A stretch of DNA of 56,448 nucleotides from a virus (Duplodnaviria > Caudoviricetes), in the IMG/VR virus record IMGVR_UViG_3300046777_001585, positions 1 through 56,448 of that record. One strand, given 5' to 3'. Numbering within the stretch: position 1 is the stretch's first letter; every line of letters begins with the position of its first letter. The notes beneath the pieces are model-generated. The model was not told the origin of the DNA and searched no databases. It saw only the letters and a program-made list of their open reading frames with translations. Position numbers and translations under genes: made by a program. Below, one piece after another: positions 24,132 to 34,570 of this stretch.

Positions 24132-27102
24132 AACTACTTATACCGGCCAAATCGTCAGAGAGGCCCCGGAGGTTGAGGCCCAAAAAGCTGCGGTTATTAA
24201 ACTAGCGCAGGACGAACTTAAAAAAGATTTTCAGCTTCCCGCATACGTCGCAGCAGGACTTTCGCCTACCCAGCTTCAGGCCATGGACCTTGCTCAGCAA
24301 GGTATCGGCCTCTACGAACCCTACCTCGATGCTGCCTCAGATGCCATTACCCAGGGCCAAGACCTGGCGATGCTGGGTGCGCAGGACATCTACGGCATCA
24401 ACATGGACCCGCAGTTCCAAGCTGCGCGAGAAGCCTACCAGCAGGGGATAATCTCGGCTGACCAGCTGGGCCAGTACCAGCAGGACATTGCGGAGGGAAG
24501 CCAGTACATCAAACGTGGTGCCAACGTCGTGGGCCGCGCTGCTGGGATGGCGGACGACTACCTGCAGGCCGACCTTGGGCGTGCCCAAGGCCTGATGGGC
24601 CAAGGGGCGGCAGCCGTTCGCGGCGCGGAACCTGACTTTGGGGCAGCGGAACGTGTAACTAACCGCCTCGGCACCTATGCCCAACAGGCTGGGCAGGGCG
24701 CGGGCAGCGTTACCGGTGGGATTGCCGGAATTAACGAAGCGCAGCGGATGCTTCGCGGCGAAACCAGCGCCGACCTTGGCGCAAGCCAAGCTGCTATCCG
24801 GCAGGGCTTGGCCGCTACGCGAGGCGCGGACACTGATTTTAGTGCAGCAGAACGTGCTGCACAGGGCATTGGTCAGTTTATCAATGCGGCGGACGAGGGA
24901 ATGGGGACCGTGGCCCAAGGCACACGGGGCATGGCCCAAGCAGCACGGTCAGCGGATGAGTACGCGCAGGCGGACACTGCGGCCAGTGAGGCCGCTCTTC
25001 GTCAGGGGCTTACCGCTGCCAGGGCAGTCGACCCGAATTTCGCTGCTTCAGAGCGTATTGCAAGGGGAATGGGGCAGTTTACTAATGCCGCAGACCTTGG
25101 CATGGGAGCTATTGGCCAAGGGATGCAGGGAATGCGTCGCGCCGCACAAGGTGCGGAGGAATACGCGCAGGCGGACCTTGGTCGTTCTCAGGCGTTGATT
25201 AACCAAGCAGCACGTACCTCGCAGCAGGCGGACGTTGACATGGGCTTGGCGAACCGAGCGGTTCGGTCCGGGATCCAAACGGCGGGCAATATTTCAGAAG
25301 CGGCAATGCCCGCGCAGCGTCAGGCGGCCCGAACGATCAACCTCGGCATTGAAGGCCTGCTCCAAGGCGCGGAAGGATATTCTCCTGACGCCGCCCAAGA
25401 ATTCATGAACCCCTATCAGCGTGCGGTCACACGTCAGGCGATGCAGGAGATGCGTCGCCAGGCTGACATTGCGCGTCAGGAAATGGCTTCCCAAGCGGTG
25501 CGTGCGGGGGCTTTTGGTGGTACTCGCGAAGGGGTTCAGCGCGCTGAGTTTGAACGCAACGTTCAAGACCAGATGCAGCAGAAGATCATGCAGGACTACG
25601 CGCAAAATTATTCGCAGGCGCAGCAGGCTGCGATGCAGGGCTTTGAACAGCAGCAGCAGCGTCAACTTGGGCAAGGCACTGCGCTTGGCCAGTTGGGGCT
25701 TTCGCAAAGCGAAATCGGCCAGCGCAGCGCGGCCACTCTTGCGCAGGAGGCCGCGCTTCAGGGCACCCTTGGAACTCAAGCGGGGGCTCTGCAGAGTGCA
25801 GAATCACAGGCGGAACTCGCGCAGGCGGCTCAGTTGGCGCAGGCAGGGCAGGCACTTGGCCAGCAGGAGCTTCAGCAGGCCCAGCTGGGCCAAGCGGCCA
25901 CTGGGCTCGAAGCGAACATCTACCAGAACTTGGTTCAGGCTGGATATGCTCCGGCACAGATCGCTCAGGTTCAGAGCCAGATTGAAGCGCAGCGTGCGGG
26001 TATTCTTAGCGACGCTGAGTCCAGGTCGCTACAGGCTGAGCTTTCGAGGGCGCAGCAGATTGCCCAGACGGGCCAGGCAATGGGCCAACAGGCTATTCAG
26101 CAGGCTCAGCTGGGCCAAGCCGCTACCGGGCTCGAAGCGAACATCTACCAGAACCTCGTCCAAGCGGGGTATATGCCGGCGCAGATTGCACAAATTCAGG
26201 GGCAGATGGCCGCGCAGCGCGCAGGCCTGCTTACCGACGTGCAGTCGCGAGAACTCCAAGGAGAACTTGCGAGGGCGCAGCAGCTTGTACAAGCTGGGCA
26301 GACGCTTGGTCAGCAGGAAATCCAGCAGACCCAGCTGGGGCAGTCCGCTGCGCAGGCGATGGGCGCGTTGTCCGCCCAGGAAGCGCAGGCAGGGACGATG
26401 TATGGCCAGATTGCTGGCCAGCAGGCGAACATCACAAACCAGCAAGCGCAGAACCTAGCCAATATGCAGACCCAAGAGGCTCAGTTGGGTCTTCAGCAGG
26501 GTCAGCAACTGGCGAACATTGGCCAAACCATGGGCGCACAGGAAATCCAGCAGGCCCAGTTGGGGCAGCAGGGCGTGCAGAACATGGCTGCCGCTGGCCA
26601 GGCCCTTGGTCAGATGGGCCTGCAGCAGGGTCAGTTGGGCACGGCCCAAGGAAACCTTGCCACGCAGGAAGCGCAGTTGTACGGACAGCTTGGCCAAGGC
26701 ATTGGCAGTCTTGCCGCCCAGCAGGCGGGAACGACGCTGTCTCAGGGGCAGGCGCTGGCGCAGACTGGTCAGCAAATCGCTTCCATGGGCATCCAGCAGG
26801 GCGCTATTGGCCAACAGGCGCAGGCCGGCGCACAGGCCGACGTGGGTCAGTTGTTCAACCTTGGCGTGGCCGAGCAGCAGAACGCGCAGATGCAGGAAGA
26901 CGCTATCCGGGCAACGGCAGTACAGGAGGCGATGCAGGGGCGTCAGGACGTGGGGTTCATGAGCGACATTGTGAGAGGAGCGCCGACGACCCAGATGTCG
27001 ATGTCCACGCAGGCTGCGCCAAGCGCAAGCACTCTGCAGCAGATCGCTGGAATTGGAACGGGTCTTATGGCCGGAGCAGGCGCCGTAAAAGGGCTTATGT
27101 AA
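24124..27102 (+). CDS. Gln/Ala/Gly-rich ejection (DNA pilot/tube-like) protein
   Basis: Central FMNPY...AGAFGGTR core, helical repeats on both sides, and a hydrophobic C-terminus. Confidence 0.65.
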   Translation: MPETTYTGQIVREAPEVEAQKAAVIKLAQDELKKDFQLPAYVAAGLSPTQLQAMDLAQQGIGLYEPYLDAASDAITQGQDLAMLGAQDIYGINMDPQFQAAREAYQQGIISADQLGQYQQDIAEGSQYIKRGANVVGRAAGMADDYLQADLGRAQGLMGQGAAAVRGAEPDFGAAERVTNRLGTYAQQAGQGAGSVTGGIAGINEAQRMLRGETSADLGASQAAIRQGLAATRGADTDFSAAERAAQGIGQFINAADEGMGTVAQGTRGMAQAARSADEYAQADTAASEAALRQGLTAARAVDPNFAASERIARGMGQFTNAADLGMGAIGQGMQGMRRAAQGAEEYAQADLGRSQALINQAARTSQQADVDMGLANRAVRSGIQTAGNISEAAMPAQRQAARTINLGIEGLLQGAEGYSPDAAQEFMNPYQRAVTRQAMQEMRRQADIARQEMASQAVRAGAFGGTREGVQRAEFERNVQDQMQQKIMQDYAQNYSQAQQAAMQGFEQQQQRQLGQGTALGQLGLSQSEIGQRSAATLAQEAALQGTLGTQAGALQSAESQAELAQAAQLAQAGQALGQQELQQAQLGQAATGLEANIYQNLVQAGYAPAQIAQVQSQIEAQRAGILSDAESRSLQAELSRAQQIAQTGQAMGQQAIQQAQLGQAATGLEANIYQNLVQAGYMPAQIAQIQGQMAAQRAGLLTDVQSRELQGELARAQQLVQAGQTLGQQEIQQTQLGQSAAQAMGALSAQEAQAGTMYGQIAGQQANITNQQAQNLANMQTQEAQLGLQQGQQLANIGQTMGAQEIQQAQLGQQGVQNMAAAGQALGQMGLQQGQLGTAQGNLATQEAQLYGQLGQGIGSLAAQQAGTTLSQGQALAQTGQQIASMGIQQGAIGQQAQAGAQADVGQLFNLGVAEQQNAQMQEDAIRATAVQEAMQGRQDVGFMSDIVRGAPTTQMSMSTQAAPSASTLQQIAGIGTGLMAGAGAVKGLM

Positions 27103-27111
27103 GGAATTCCT

Positions 27112-29160
27112 ATGAAGTCAAAAGTGCTTAATCGTCCGATGTTTCAGAAGGCCATGGACCCCGAAAACGTGGGGATCATGCATGGCTTCAAGGATTCCCT
27201 TGAGGACAACCTCAAGAAGGTCATGTCGATGTCCGAAGAGGACGACGACGAGAACGAGGCCCCGGAGTACGAAAACGAGGATGAGGAGGGCGAATCCGGG
27301 AGGATGATCGGCAGAACGCCCCGCTCTCCGGAAATCCTGATGAACACCTTGCGCGGGGACATGCGGTCCCCTTCCGCGCGCAGGAAGGAGCTGGCTGACC
27401 TGGTGGGCGAAGAGGCCGCCATGGAAACACCTGAGGAGGTGTTGACGCTGCTCCAAAGCAAGCTTGGCCAGGGCATTGCCAGTGTCCCCGGCTCACAGAA
27501 CGCGGGCCCAGCGCCCGGTGGGGCCCCTCCTCCTCCCCTCCCGCCACCGGGCGCTGGTGCACCGCCCTCAGGTCCGATGGGCCTTGAGGCACTTGGGTCG
27601 CAACTTCAGGCGGCGGGGCTTACGCCTCCCGCAGGCGGCGCGCCTGCCCCAGAGGCACCGGCATCTGGACCAGGGCCCGCGGCCCCCGGACCACTGAACA
27701 TGGCCGACGGCGGTGAGGTTAGCTATGAGCGGTACTACGCCGGCGGCGGAGACGTTCAAAAAAAAAGTAATCTGGAAGATGTAGTTTCCCGTTTTGGAAG
27801 CCCCAATACGGAGGATATTAAAAAGCGTATGGGGGAATATACCTCCCTGTACGGCGATATCCTCGGGGATTCTAAGAAACAGAAAGACCTAGACAAGGCG
27901 CTTATGCTGGCGCAGATCGCCCAGCGTGGGTTCAACTTTGCGGCAAACGTTAGCCCTACCGGAACTCCTTTGACGGGCTCGTTCGCGGCCCGCGCTGCAG
28001 GGGCTTTTGGGGATGTTCCGGGGATTCTTGTCGAAGGGACCAAGAATCAGCGCGAGCGAGATCAAAAAATCAAACTCGCGGCACTTGAAGCCGCTCGCGG
28101 AGACGAATCGGAATCTCGCAAGCTCCTGAGTCAGCTATACATTGCAGACATGAAGGGTAAAGGGTCGTCTAAAACCCTTGTTAAAGAGTTTGTGGACGAA
28201 AACGGCCGGTACGTACAAAGAAACGTTGTTTACGATAAAGATGGAACCTACAAAACGACTTTCACCGACGTTTCTGGGAATGAGATCGTTCCAGGAAAGC
28301 TGTATGAACTTGGGGGGAAAGAAGACGGTGCGGGGGGCGCTGGAATATCCGGCCTCTCTTCAAAAGCAAACGAAGGAACTGCTTTTCTGGCTCAAAATGC
28401 AGAAGCCTACTTAAATGGCACCCTTGCTCCTGAGATGAGAAATGTATTTAGATCTCTTATAGCGGAAGAATTCAGGCCCGCAACAGACTCTGAGGGCAAC
28501 GTTTCCTATATTCCGAGTCCTCTTGCAAAGGATTTGATTGCGAGAGACCCCTCGTTGGCTCTCGTGGTTCCGTCTAGTGTTTCTCCTACAGGAAAACCCG
28601 TGTCTGGCGGGCTTTCTGAAGGAGTTCCCGGAGGAGTTCCCTTGGAAACCCAAGACCAGCGAGAGCCGACTCTTTACGAAAACAGTAGAGGCGTAGGGGG
28701 GCTCGGGGCTCTTGAGGCAGGGTTAGCAAGGGTTCCTTTGGTGACAGAATATGCTGGATCACCGGAACTTCTTGCGAGGAAAAATTCGTTTGCGCTTCAG
28801 ACTAGGCAGCTCCTGAACGAACTTAATGCGAATAAGGCTAAGTCCTTTAGTTCCTCCCAAGACCTGAGGGATGCGCTTGGAAATGTCCAAGACCCCAGCG
28901 TAATTACTACGCAAGCATCCCTTGACGCAGCTGTCCGTACCCTAGACGAAGCATATGCTCGGTTAATACAAGAAACCCAGACCATAATGGAAAATCCAAC
29001 GACCAGTAAGAATAGAAGGGAAGCAGCGGAAGAGGCCTTTATTCTTGCAAACGAGCATAGATCCCAAATTGGCTACCAAGCTGGAATAGAAGAAGAAAAG
29101 GCCATCAGGGACAGGGCTGAACTTTCTCGTTTGAGGAAGCAGATGGGAGGAGGACTGTAA
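27112..29160 (+). CDS. Internal virion/ejection protein
   Basis: VLNRPMF N-terminus, acidic and Pro-rich linkers, MADGGEV motif; lies in the ejection-gene block. Confidence 0.6.
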   Translation: MKSKVLNRPMFQKAMDPENVGIMHGFKDSLEDNLKKVMSMSEEDDDENEAPEYENEDEEGESGRMIGRTPRSPEILMNTLRGDMRSPSARRKELADLVGEEAAMETPEEVLTLLQSKLGQGIASVPGSQNAGPAPGGAPPPPLPPPGAGAPPSGPMGLEALGSQLQAAGLTPPAGGAPAPEAPASGPGPAAPGPLNMADGGEVSYERYYAGGGDVQKKSNLEDVVSRFGSPNTEDIKKRMGEYTSLYGDILGDSKKQKDLDKALMLAQIAQRGFNFAANVSPTGTPLTGSFAARAAGAFGDVPGILVEGTKNQRERDQKIKLAALEAARGDESESRKLLSQLYIADMKGKGSSKTLVKEFVDENGRYVQRNVVYDKDGTYKTTFTDVSGNEIVPGKLYELGGKEDGAGGAGISGLSSKANEGTAFLAQNAEAYLNGTLAPEMRNVFRSLIAEEFRPATDSEGNVSYIPSPLAKDLIARDPSLALVVPSSVSPTGKPVSGGLSEGVPGGVPLETQDQREPTLYENSRGVGGLGALEAGLARVPLVTEYAGSPELLARKNSFALQTRQLLNELNANKAKSFSSSQDLRDALGNVQDPSVITTQASLDAAVRTLDEAYARLIQETQTIMENPTTSKNRREAAEEAFILANEHRSQIGYQAGIEEEKAIRDRAELSRLRKQMGGGL

Positions 29161-32100
29161 TGGCCGCCATTCCTTTGAACGAAGAAGAAAAAAAAGAACT
29201 TGAGTACCTGAGAAAACTTGAAGAACTCAAGATACGCGAAGCCTCAACTCTTGATCGTGCGAAAGCTTCAGGAACGGGGGCGTTGGCGGGACTCGGCTCA
29301 GGATCCGCGGTTCTTTCTGGTGCTCTCGCGGGCGGAAGACTTGGGGCCGCAATAGGCGCTCCTTTTGGGGCAGCGGGGGCGGTTCCAGGGGCACTTATTG
29401 GGACAGGCCTTGGCATGGCTGCGGGATACAGTGCCGGGGAAGGCTTTGAATCTCTTTTGCCGGAAGTTCCTCCTGAGCTGCGTTCGTGGTATGAGGGAGG
29501 TAAGACGACTGGCGAAGCGCTTGGAGGGGCTGGCGCGCTTAGGGCTGCAGCGAAAATACCGACGGCACTTCCAAAATTTCTTCAGGGAATGGGCCTTGAA
29601 AAAGGGAGTTCCTCCGCATTCTTTGGAAAAGAAGCTGTTCCCGCTGTAACTTCTGGAGTGGCGGGAGGGGCTGCTTATGACAAAAATCCAGAAGCCCATT
29701 TGAATAGGTTTATTGCCGAAACGGCGGCTGGATTGGCCTCCCCTTCGTCGATCACAGCCAGTGTTGCCCCGCGCATGAAGGACATGGCGCTCAAAGTTTC
29801 TTCTGCCGTGGGATTTGGCGGCCCTGCTGCAGATCAACGGGCAGTAAATATTTTGTCTGAGGTTCTGTACCAGAACGAACAGATTCCGCTGGACGCTGCT
29901 GATATAGAAATGCTTATCAAAAGGCTTGAAGCAGGTACAGCGCTTCCGCCTGGGGTTTCGCCTACCGCCGCTCAAAAAGTATCCAAGTCCACGTTAAAAG
30001 GTGGATCTCGGGCCTCTGACGTTCTAGTAGCTTTGGAGAAAACCCTCGCTAGGGATAATTCCGAATATGCAACCGACGTAAAGGCTCAAGCCGAAAAATC
30101 TGCAAATGCTTACCAAGCGCTTATAAATGCCCTCAAGGACAGCGGCGATCCGGCGGTCCTTGAGGCTGTCGCAAGCGCTCGAAAGTACAGGTTTGAGGCT
30201 CTCTTAGACGCCCAGAGAATGCGTGCGGAAGATCGCGCAGCGCGGGCTGTTTCTAGGATTGGAACAGTAGGCTCCGCTGATGAGGCCCGAAAGATCGCTG
30301 GCACCGTGGTACAGCAGAATATTGAGTCTTCTTTGGCGAATGCTCGTGAATACGAAAGGATGCTTTGGACTCGCGCAGAAAGGGGAAGCCCGAGAACTGG
30401 GATGGTTCAGCGGGAACCGGGCCTTGGTACGGGCATCGTGCCTGCCAAGCCTCAAAAAGGCTCCGGAGGAGTGCAAAGGACCTTTGTGTCTGTTCCCAAT
30501 CTTCGGAGAAAAGCCCTTGAGATAGCGTCCTCTGTTGGCCCTCTTCGTAAAGGAACGGATCTTTCCGCTGGAGGGAAGGTTATGTCTATTCTTGGCATAT
30601 CGCCCAAGGATCTTGACCTTTACAACCAGGGAAAACTCACCGATGAGTATCTCAGCACCGGAGTTGTTCCCAGTGATTACATCAGGGGCGGCAAAGAATT
30701 TTCTGTCAATGACTTGGTACTGATTCGGTCAGATCTTCTTGCCCTTGGCAGGGATGCGGCCTCTCCCAATGACGCTAGAATGTTTGGGTCTTTGTCCAAT
30801 GCAGCATTGGATGATCTCTCAAAGATCAATCTTCCAGGGTATGACGAAGCTCGCGCCTTTTCAAAGGCGCTAAATGATTCCTACACCAGAACCTACGCCA
30901 ATGAAATAGTGGAGGACGCAGTACCCGAGTACCTGGTACAGAAATCGTTTGCAACGGCAAATGACAGAACCGCATCCCGTCTTTCTGAGGTCGAGGACGC
31001 GGTGGGACTCATGTCCCGTATGTATGATGACGCAGTCAAGAACAATCTTCCTTCTGCTGAAGAACTTGCCCCGTATGCTCAAATGTCCCGAGAGGGCGTT
31101 GACTCCATACAGGAAGCCGAAAGAAACATCTACAGACTTGCGGCAAACAAGGCTCTAGGGCCCGATGGGAGGGTCAATCCCGCAAAACTGTCTGAGTTTG
31201 TAAACCAGAACAAGATGATCCTGGATAAGCTTGGGCTTACTGCGGACATGGAAAACGCAGTTTCCGCTGAAAATGCATTGAGGGCAGCAGTAGACCAACA
31301 GAGTGCGATTAACAAGCAGATTGCCTCTCAGTCCTACCTGTCTCCCCTTCTCGGAGGGAAAAGCCCCGTAAAGGTTCTCTCCGAAGCGGTCGCAAAAGGA
31401 TCTACAAAAAGGGTTAGCGATCTATTGAAGGTCGCCAAAAGGGGCGGTGCGGATCGACAGCAGGCAATAGATGGACTTCGGTCAGCTGTTTACGAATATG
31501 CCTACACGAATGCAGGTGGAGATAAAAGCTTCAGTCCAGAAGCGTTTGAAAAAGCCCTTTTTTCGCCCATTGGAAGAGGGCAGCCTTCTCTTGCAAAACT
31601 TCTAAGGAACGAAGGAGTATTCCAGCCTTCTGACATCAAAAATGTCCTTTCACTGACGAGATCAATGCGCCGAATTGAGAATTCGGTTAACAACAACATT
31701 CGCCTTGACCAACTTGATCCGCAGAACTTGATGGAAGAGCTTCTCGTCAGTCAGTACGCCCTGAAACTTGCCTCGGCAACGAGTCCGGGAGGCGCGGGGT
31801 CCTTGAGCTGGGCTTCTAAGTTCAAGGATGTTGCATCCAGATACCTGGACAAAATGCCCGCTAGAAAGATGAGGATTATCCTTGAAGAGGCCAATAGCAA
31901 TCCCCGTCTGATGGCTAATCTTTTGCGTCGAACAGCTCCTATGTCTCCCAAGCAGAAAATGCAGAACCTGCGGGCGCTGAACTCGTACATGTACGCTGCT
32001 GGATTGAACTATTTTCCGGAGGAGCTTGAGTCCCAGCTTCAGGGTATCGAGCCGACGGAACAGGATGAGGTTGAGGCTAACCTTCCAAAAGACGGAACTG

Positions 32101-32369
32101 CTCGTGGGTTTCTTGAAAGACTCTTTCAGGGATCTCCTGCTGTTCCATCCTCCAGAGGGGTCCCTGGCCAAGAAGCAGCACCTGCTGCCCCTGCGCCGGG
32201 GCCCGCGGCCCAAGGAGCACCTGCCCCCGGCCCTGCAAATACGCAAAGCCGAGCGATGCTGGAGTCCTTGTTCCCCGAAGACAGGCTCTTAAAAGGCCTT
32301 ACCCCTCCCCCGCAGCCTCCCGCTCCGGAGGTTCCGCCGGAGGTTCCGCCGGAGGAAGAGGCCGCATAG
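29160..32369 (+). CDS. Large internal virion/ejection protein
   Basis: 1069 aa, N-terminal glycine zipper, mostly helical; last gene of the structural operon. Confidence 0.6.
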   Translation: MAAIPLNEEEKKELEYLRKLEELKIREASTLDRAKASGTGALAGLGSGSAVLSGALAGGRLGAAIGAPFGAAGAVPGALIGTGLGMAAGYSAGEGFESLLPEVPPELRSWYEGGKTTGEALGGAGALRAAAKIPTALPKFLQGMGLEKGSSSAFFGKEAVPAVTSGVAGGAAYDKNPEAHLNRFIAETAAGLASPSSITASVAPRMKDMALKVSSAVGFGGPAADQRAVNILSEVLYQNEQIPLDAADIEMLIKRLEAGTALPPGVSPTAAQKVSKSTLKGGSRASDVLVALEKTLARDNSEYATDVKAQAEKSANAYQALINALKDSGDPAVLEAVASARKYRFEALLDAQRMRAEDRAARAVSRIGTVGSADEARKIAGTVVQQNIESSLANAREYERMLWTRAERGSPRTGMVQREPGLGTGIVPAKPQKGSGGVQRTFVSVPNLRRKALEIASSVGPLRKGTDLSAGGKVMSILGISPKDLDLYNQGKLTDEYLSTGVVPSDYIRGGKEFSVNDLVLIRSDLLALGRDAASPNDARMFGSLSNAALDDLSKINLPGYDEARAFSKALNDSYTRTYANEIVEDAVPEYLVQKSFATANDRTASRLSEVEDAVGLMSRMYDDAVKNNLPSAEELAPYAQMSREGVDSIQEAERNIYRLAANKALGPDGRVNPAKLSEFVNQNKMILDKLGLTADMENAVSAENALRAAVDQQSAINKQIASQSYLSPLLGGKSPVKVLSEAVAKGSTKRVSDLLKVAKRGGADRQQAIDGLRSAVYEYAYTNAGGDKSFSPEAFEKALFSPIGRGQPSLAKLLRNEGVFQPSDIKNVLSLTRSMRRIENSVNNNIRLDQLDPQNLMEELLVSQYALKLASATSPGGAGSLSWASKFKDVASRYLDKMPARKMRIILEEANSNPRLMANLLRRTAPMSPKQKMQNLRALNSYMYAAGLNYFPEELESQLQGIEPTEQDEVEANLPKDGTARGFLERLFQGSPAVPSSRGVPGQEAAPAAPAPGPAAQGAPAPGPANTQSRAMLESLFPEDRLLKGLTPPPQPPAPEVPPEVPPEEEAA

Positions 32370-33048
32370 CGTCATGGTACTGGCTGACTCTTCTCAGCCA
32401 GTTCTCCCTATGCTGATTAAAATCCCTGCCGGTGGTCGTAAACTCAAGCATGGTCTGCTGCTCGTCGCGGCAGGCCATCAACACTACTCCCATCTCGATC
32501 CGCGTTCCGTGGACCATGTCGTGCGCTAAGGCATACGCGGCAAGCTGCTGGAAGTAATTGTCGATCCACCCTCGTTTCTTGGGCTTGTTTGACTGCTTGA
32601 AGTCGATAATGGCCAACTGCCCACGGTACACGGCTACCATGTCGCAGGTTCCCGCATACTTCTCCGGATAGTAGAGCGGCACTTCTGAGCCGTAGATGGC
32701 GTCAATGTTTTTGAAGAACGTGTTGACCAGGCGGTAGCCCATTTCATAGCCTTGGATCATCATCCAGTTAGTAGGCCGCGGTAAGTCCCGCATGGCCACC
32801 ATCCGCTCGATGACCGAGTGCATGTGCGTCCCTACGGTGGCGGCTTCCGTCTTAATCCTATCTGCCTCCTCGTCCCCCACTCGCTTTTGCCAGTCCAGCA
32901 GGGCCGTTTTGTCGCCCGTTGACGACAGGATGTGGGTTACGCTGGGCAGACGTTGGTCCCCGTAGACATACCGACGCCCCTGGGGGCCGTCTTCCCGCCG
33001 AAGTTCTTCGTATTTGAAATCCTTCCTGATAGGTATCAAATCAACCAT
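32299..33048 (-). CDS. PD-(D/E)XK exonuclease (MGME1/Cas4-like)
   Basis: LPSVTHIL, GTHMH, YAGTCD, IIDFKQS and QLAAYA motifs. Confidence 0.85.
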   Translation of the reverse strand: MVDLIPIRKDFKYEELRREDGPQGRRYVYGDQRLPSVTHILSSTGDKTALLDWQKRVGDEEADRIKTEAATVGTHMHSVIERMVAMRDLPRPTNWMMIQGYEMGYRLVNTFFKNIDAIYGSEVPLYYPEKYAGTCDMVAVYRGQLAIIDFKQSNKPKKRGWIDNYFQQLAAYALAHDMVHGTRIEMGVVLMACRDEQQTMLEFTTTGRDFNQHRENWLRRVSQYHDAMRPLPPAEPPAEPPEREAAGEG

Positions 33049-34487
33049 GCTCGAATGTCCTCCCCGAGTACTTGATTAGCGATGTCGATCTTGCTGCGAA
33101 GCGCTTTGACAATCTTCTCGTCCACCGTCCGAGGAGACATTAGGTCCACATAGGTAACGTGGTGCTTCTGGCCGATGCGGTGGGCGCGATCTTCTGACTG
33201 GAGTCGTACCTCCAAGTCAAAGCTGTTGCTGTAGTAGACGACCAGGGCAGCCGCAGTCAGGGTGAGCCCATACCCCCCTGTTCTAGGGTTCCCAACGAAG
33301 AACCTCAGGGGACTGTCCGGGTCTTGGAATTCACGGACCACGCGCCTCCGCTCCTCGTCGTCAGTGTCTCCGTAGTAGGTTCCGACGGCCTCCATCCCGT
33401 ACACCCGCTGGAGTTCCAACTTGATGGACTGAATGTCGTGTCGGTAGGTGGCCCAGATAATCACCTTGCCGTCCGACTCCTCCAGGACATTCAAAAGTTC
33501 ATTCACGCGGTTGTTGGGCAGGCTCACTACCTCACCAGAGTCTAGCTTCAAGTGGCCGCACACAATCTGGTGAAGACGCATTAACTGGGTCAGGGCGTTG
33601 ACGGTACTGGCCGTGTCCTGCTCCATGCTAGCCATCGCCAGGTGTTTCATTTCCATGTAGACCCTACCCTGCTCGTCCGTCAGGTCCACCTCCCGCTTGA
33701 CGTACAGTTTCTCGGGGAGGTCCAAGCATTCCTCCTTGGTGACCCGGAAGCTGAACTTGTCTAGTTTTTCCTGCAACTCATCGAGTTTGCGGTAAGCGAC
33801 CACTTTCTTGAACGAATGGCTGCCAAGGGACTTCTCTACGGTGACCGCGTACCGAGATTGGAAGGCGTAGTAGCTGCTGAACCCGAGGCAGTCATCATCC
33901 AAAAAGGCGCACTGCTGGTATAGGTCCATGGGGGACTTGGTCACTGGGGAGCCGGTCATCACCCGTCGGAACCGGGCTAGTTTGCCCAGTTTTGCCGCGT
34001 TTTTTGACCTGGTTGCCGTGTGGCTTTTGATGGTGGTGCTTTCATCAATCGCCATGAACACCTTGTACATGTTTAAGAAGAACTTCGCGAACGAAGTCCC
34101 TTTGCTCGTGGACAACGCCTCGATGTTCATCACCAGAATCCGCAAATCATCCGTGGAATCCAGCAAATGGTCCATGGCCCGCTGCTGAGCCTTCCGTGGA
34201 GACGGGGACCACAGGGCAACACGATGCAGAACGTGTTCGGGGAGATGCCGAGGCAGCTCGGTGTCCACCCAGTTCCTGTACACCCCTTTCGGGGCGATGA
34301 TCAAAGCCGCATTGATGCGTCCTTGGTCGTACAGCATCGCGATGTTGTTGATCACCATGTACGACTTCCCTGTTCCCATCTCGGCAAACAGAGCGGCGAC
34401 ATGTTTGTTCCAGAACCTGGCCAAATAGGCCTCTTGATGCAGGAACGGTTTATTTTTGTAGGGATAGTTCGCTAAAAATTGTTCCAT
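33036..34487 (-). CDS. SNF2-family helicase
   Basis: EMGTGKS (Walker A), IDEST, MTGSP, GYGLTL and QSEDRAHRIGQ. Confidence 0.9.
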   Translation of the reverse strand: MEQFLANYPYKNKPFLHQEAYLARFWNKHVAALFAEMGTGKSYMVINNIAMLYDQGRINAALIIAPKGVYRNWVDTELPRHLPEHVLHRVALWSPSPRKAQQRAMDHLLDSTDDLRILVMNIEALSTSKGTSFAKFFLNMYKVFMAIDESTTIKSHTATRSKNAAKLGKLARFRRVMTGSPVTKSPMDLYQQCAFLDDDCLGFSSYYAFQSRYAVTVEKSLGSHSFKKVVAYRKLDELQEKLDKFSFRVTKEECLDLPEKLYVKREVDLTDEQGRVYMEMKHLAMASMEQDTASTVNALTQLMRLHQIVCGHLKLDSGEVVSLPNNRVNELLNVLEESDGKVIIWATYRHDIQSIKLELQRVYGMEAVGTYYGDTDDEERRRVVREFQDPDSPLRFFVGNPRTGGYGLTLTAAALVVYYSNSFDLEVRLQSEDRAHRIGQKHHVTYVDLMSPRTVDEKIVKALRSKIDIANQVLGEDIRAWLI

Positions 34488-34504
34488 GAGTATCTCTCTT
34501 TCTG

Positions 34505-34544
34505 ACGAGGCTTGTTTTCCTCGTTGGGAGGAGAGTACACTCTC
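34505..34544. promoter_or_regulatory. Divergent promoter region with inverted repeats
   Basis: TTGTTT-18-TACACT on the + strand; palindromes acgagg/cctcgt and gagagt/actctc. Confidence 0.4.
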
Positions 34545-34570
34545 GACCGTCTTAAAGAAAGGAGAAAGAC

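Noticed and set aside
25421-26458. 345-aa alternative-frame ORF inside the Gln-rich gene
   Set aside because: An Arg/Ser-rich by-product of CAG/GCG repeats; unlike the MTase case it supplies no recognisable motif.
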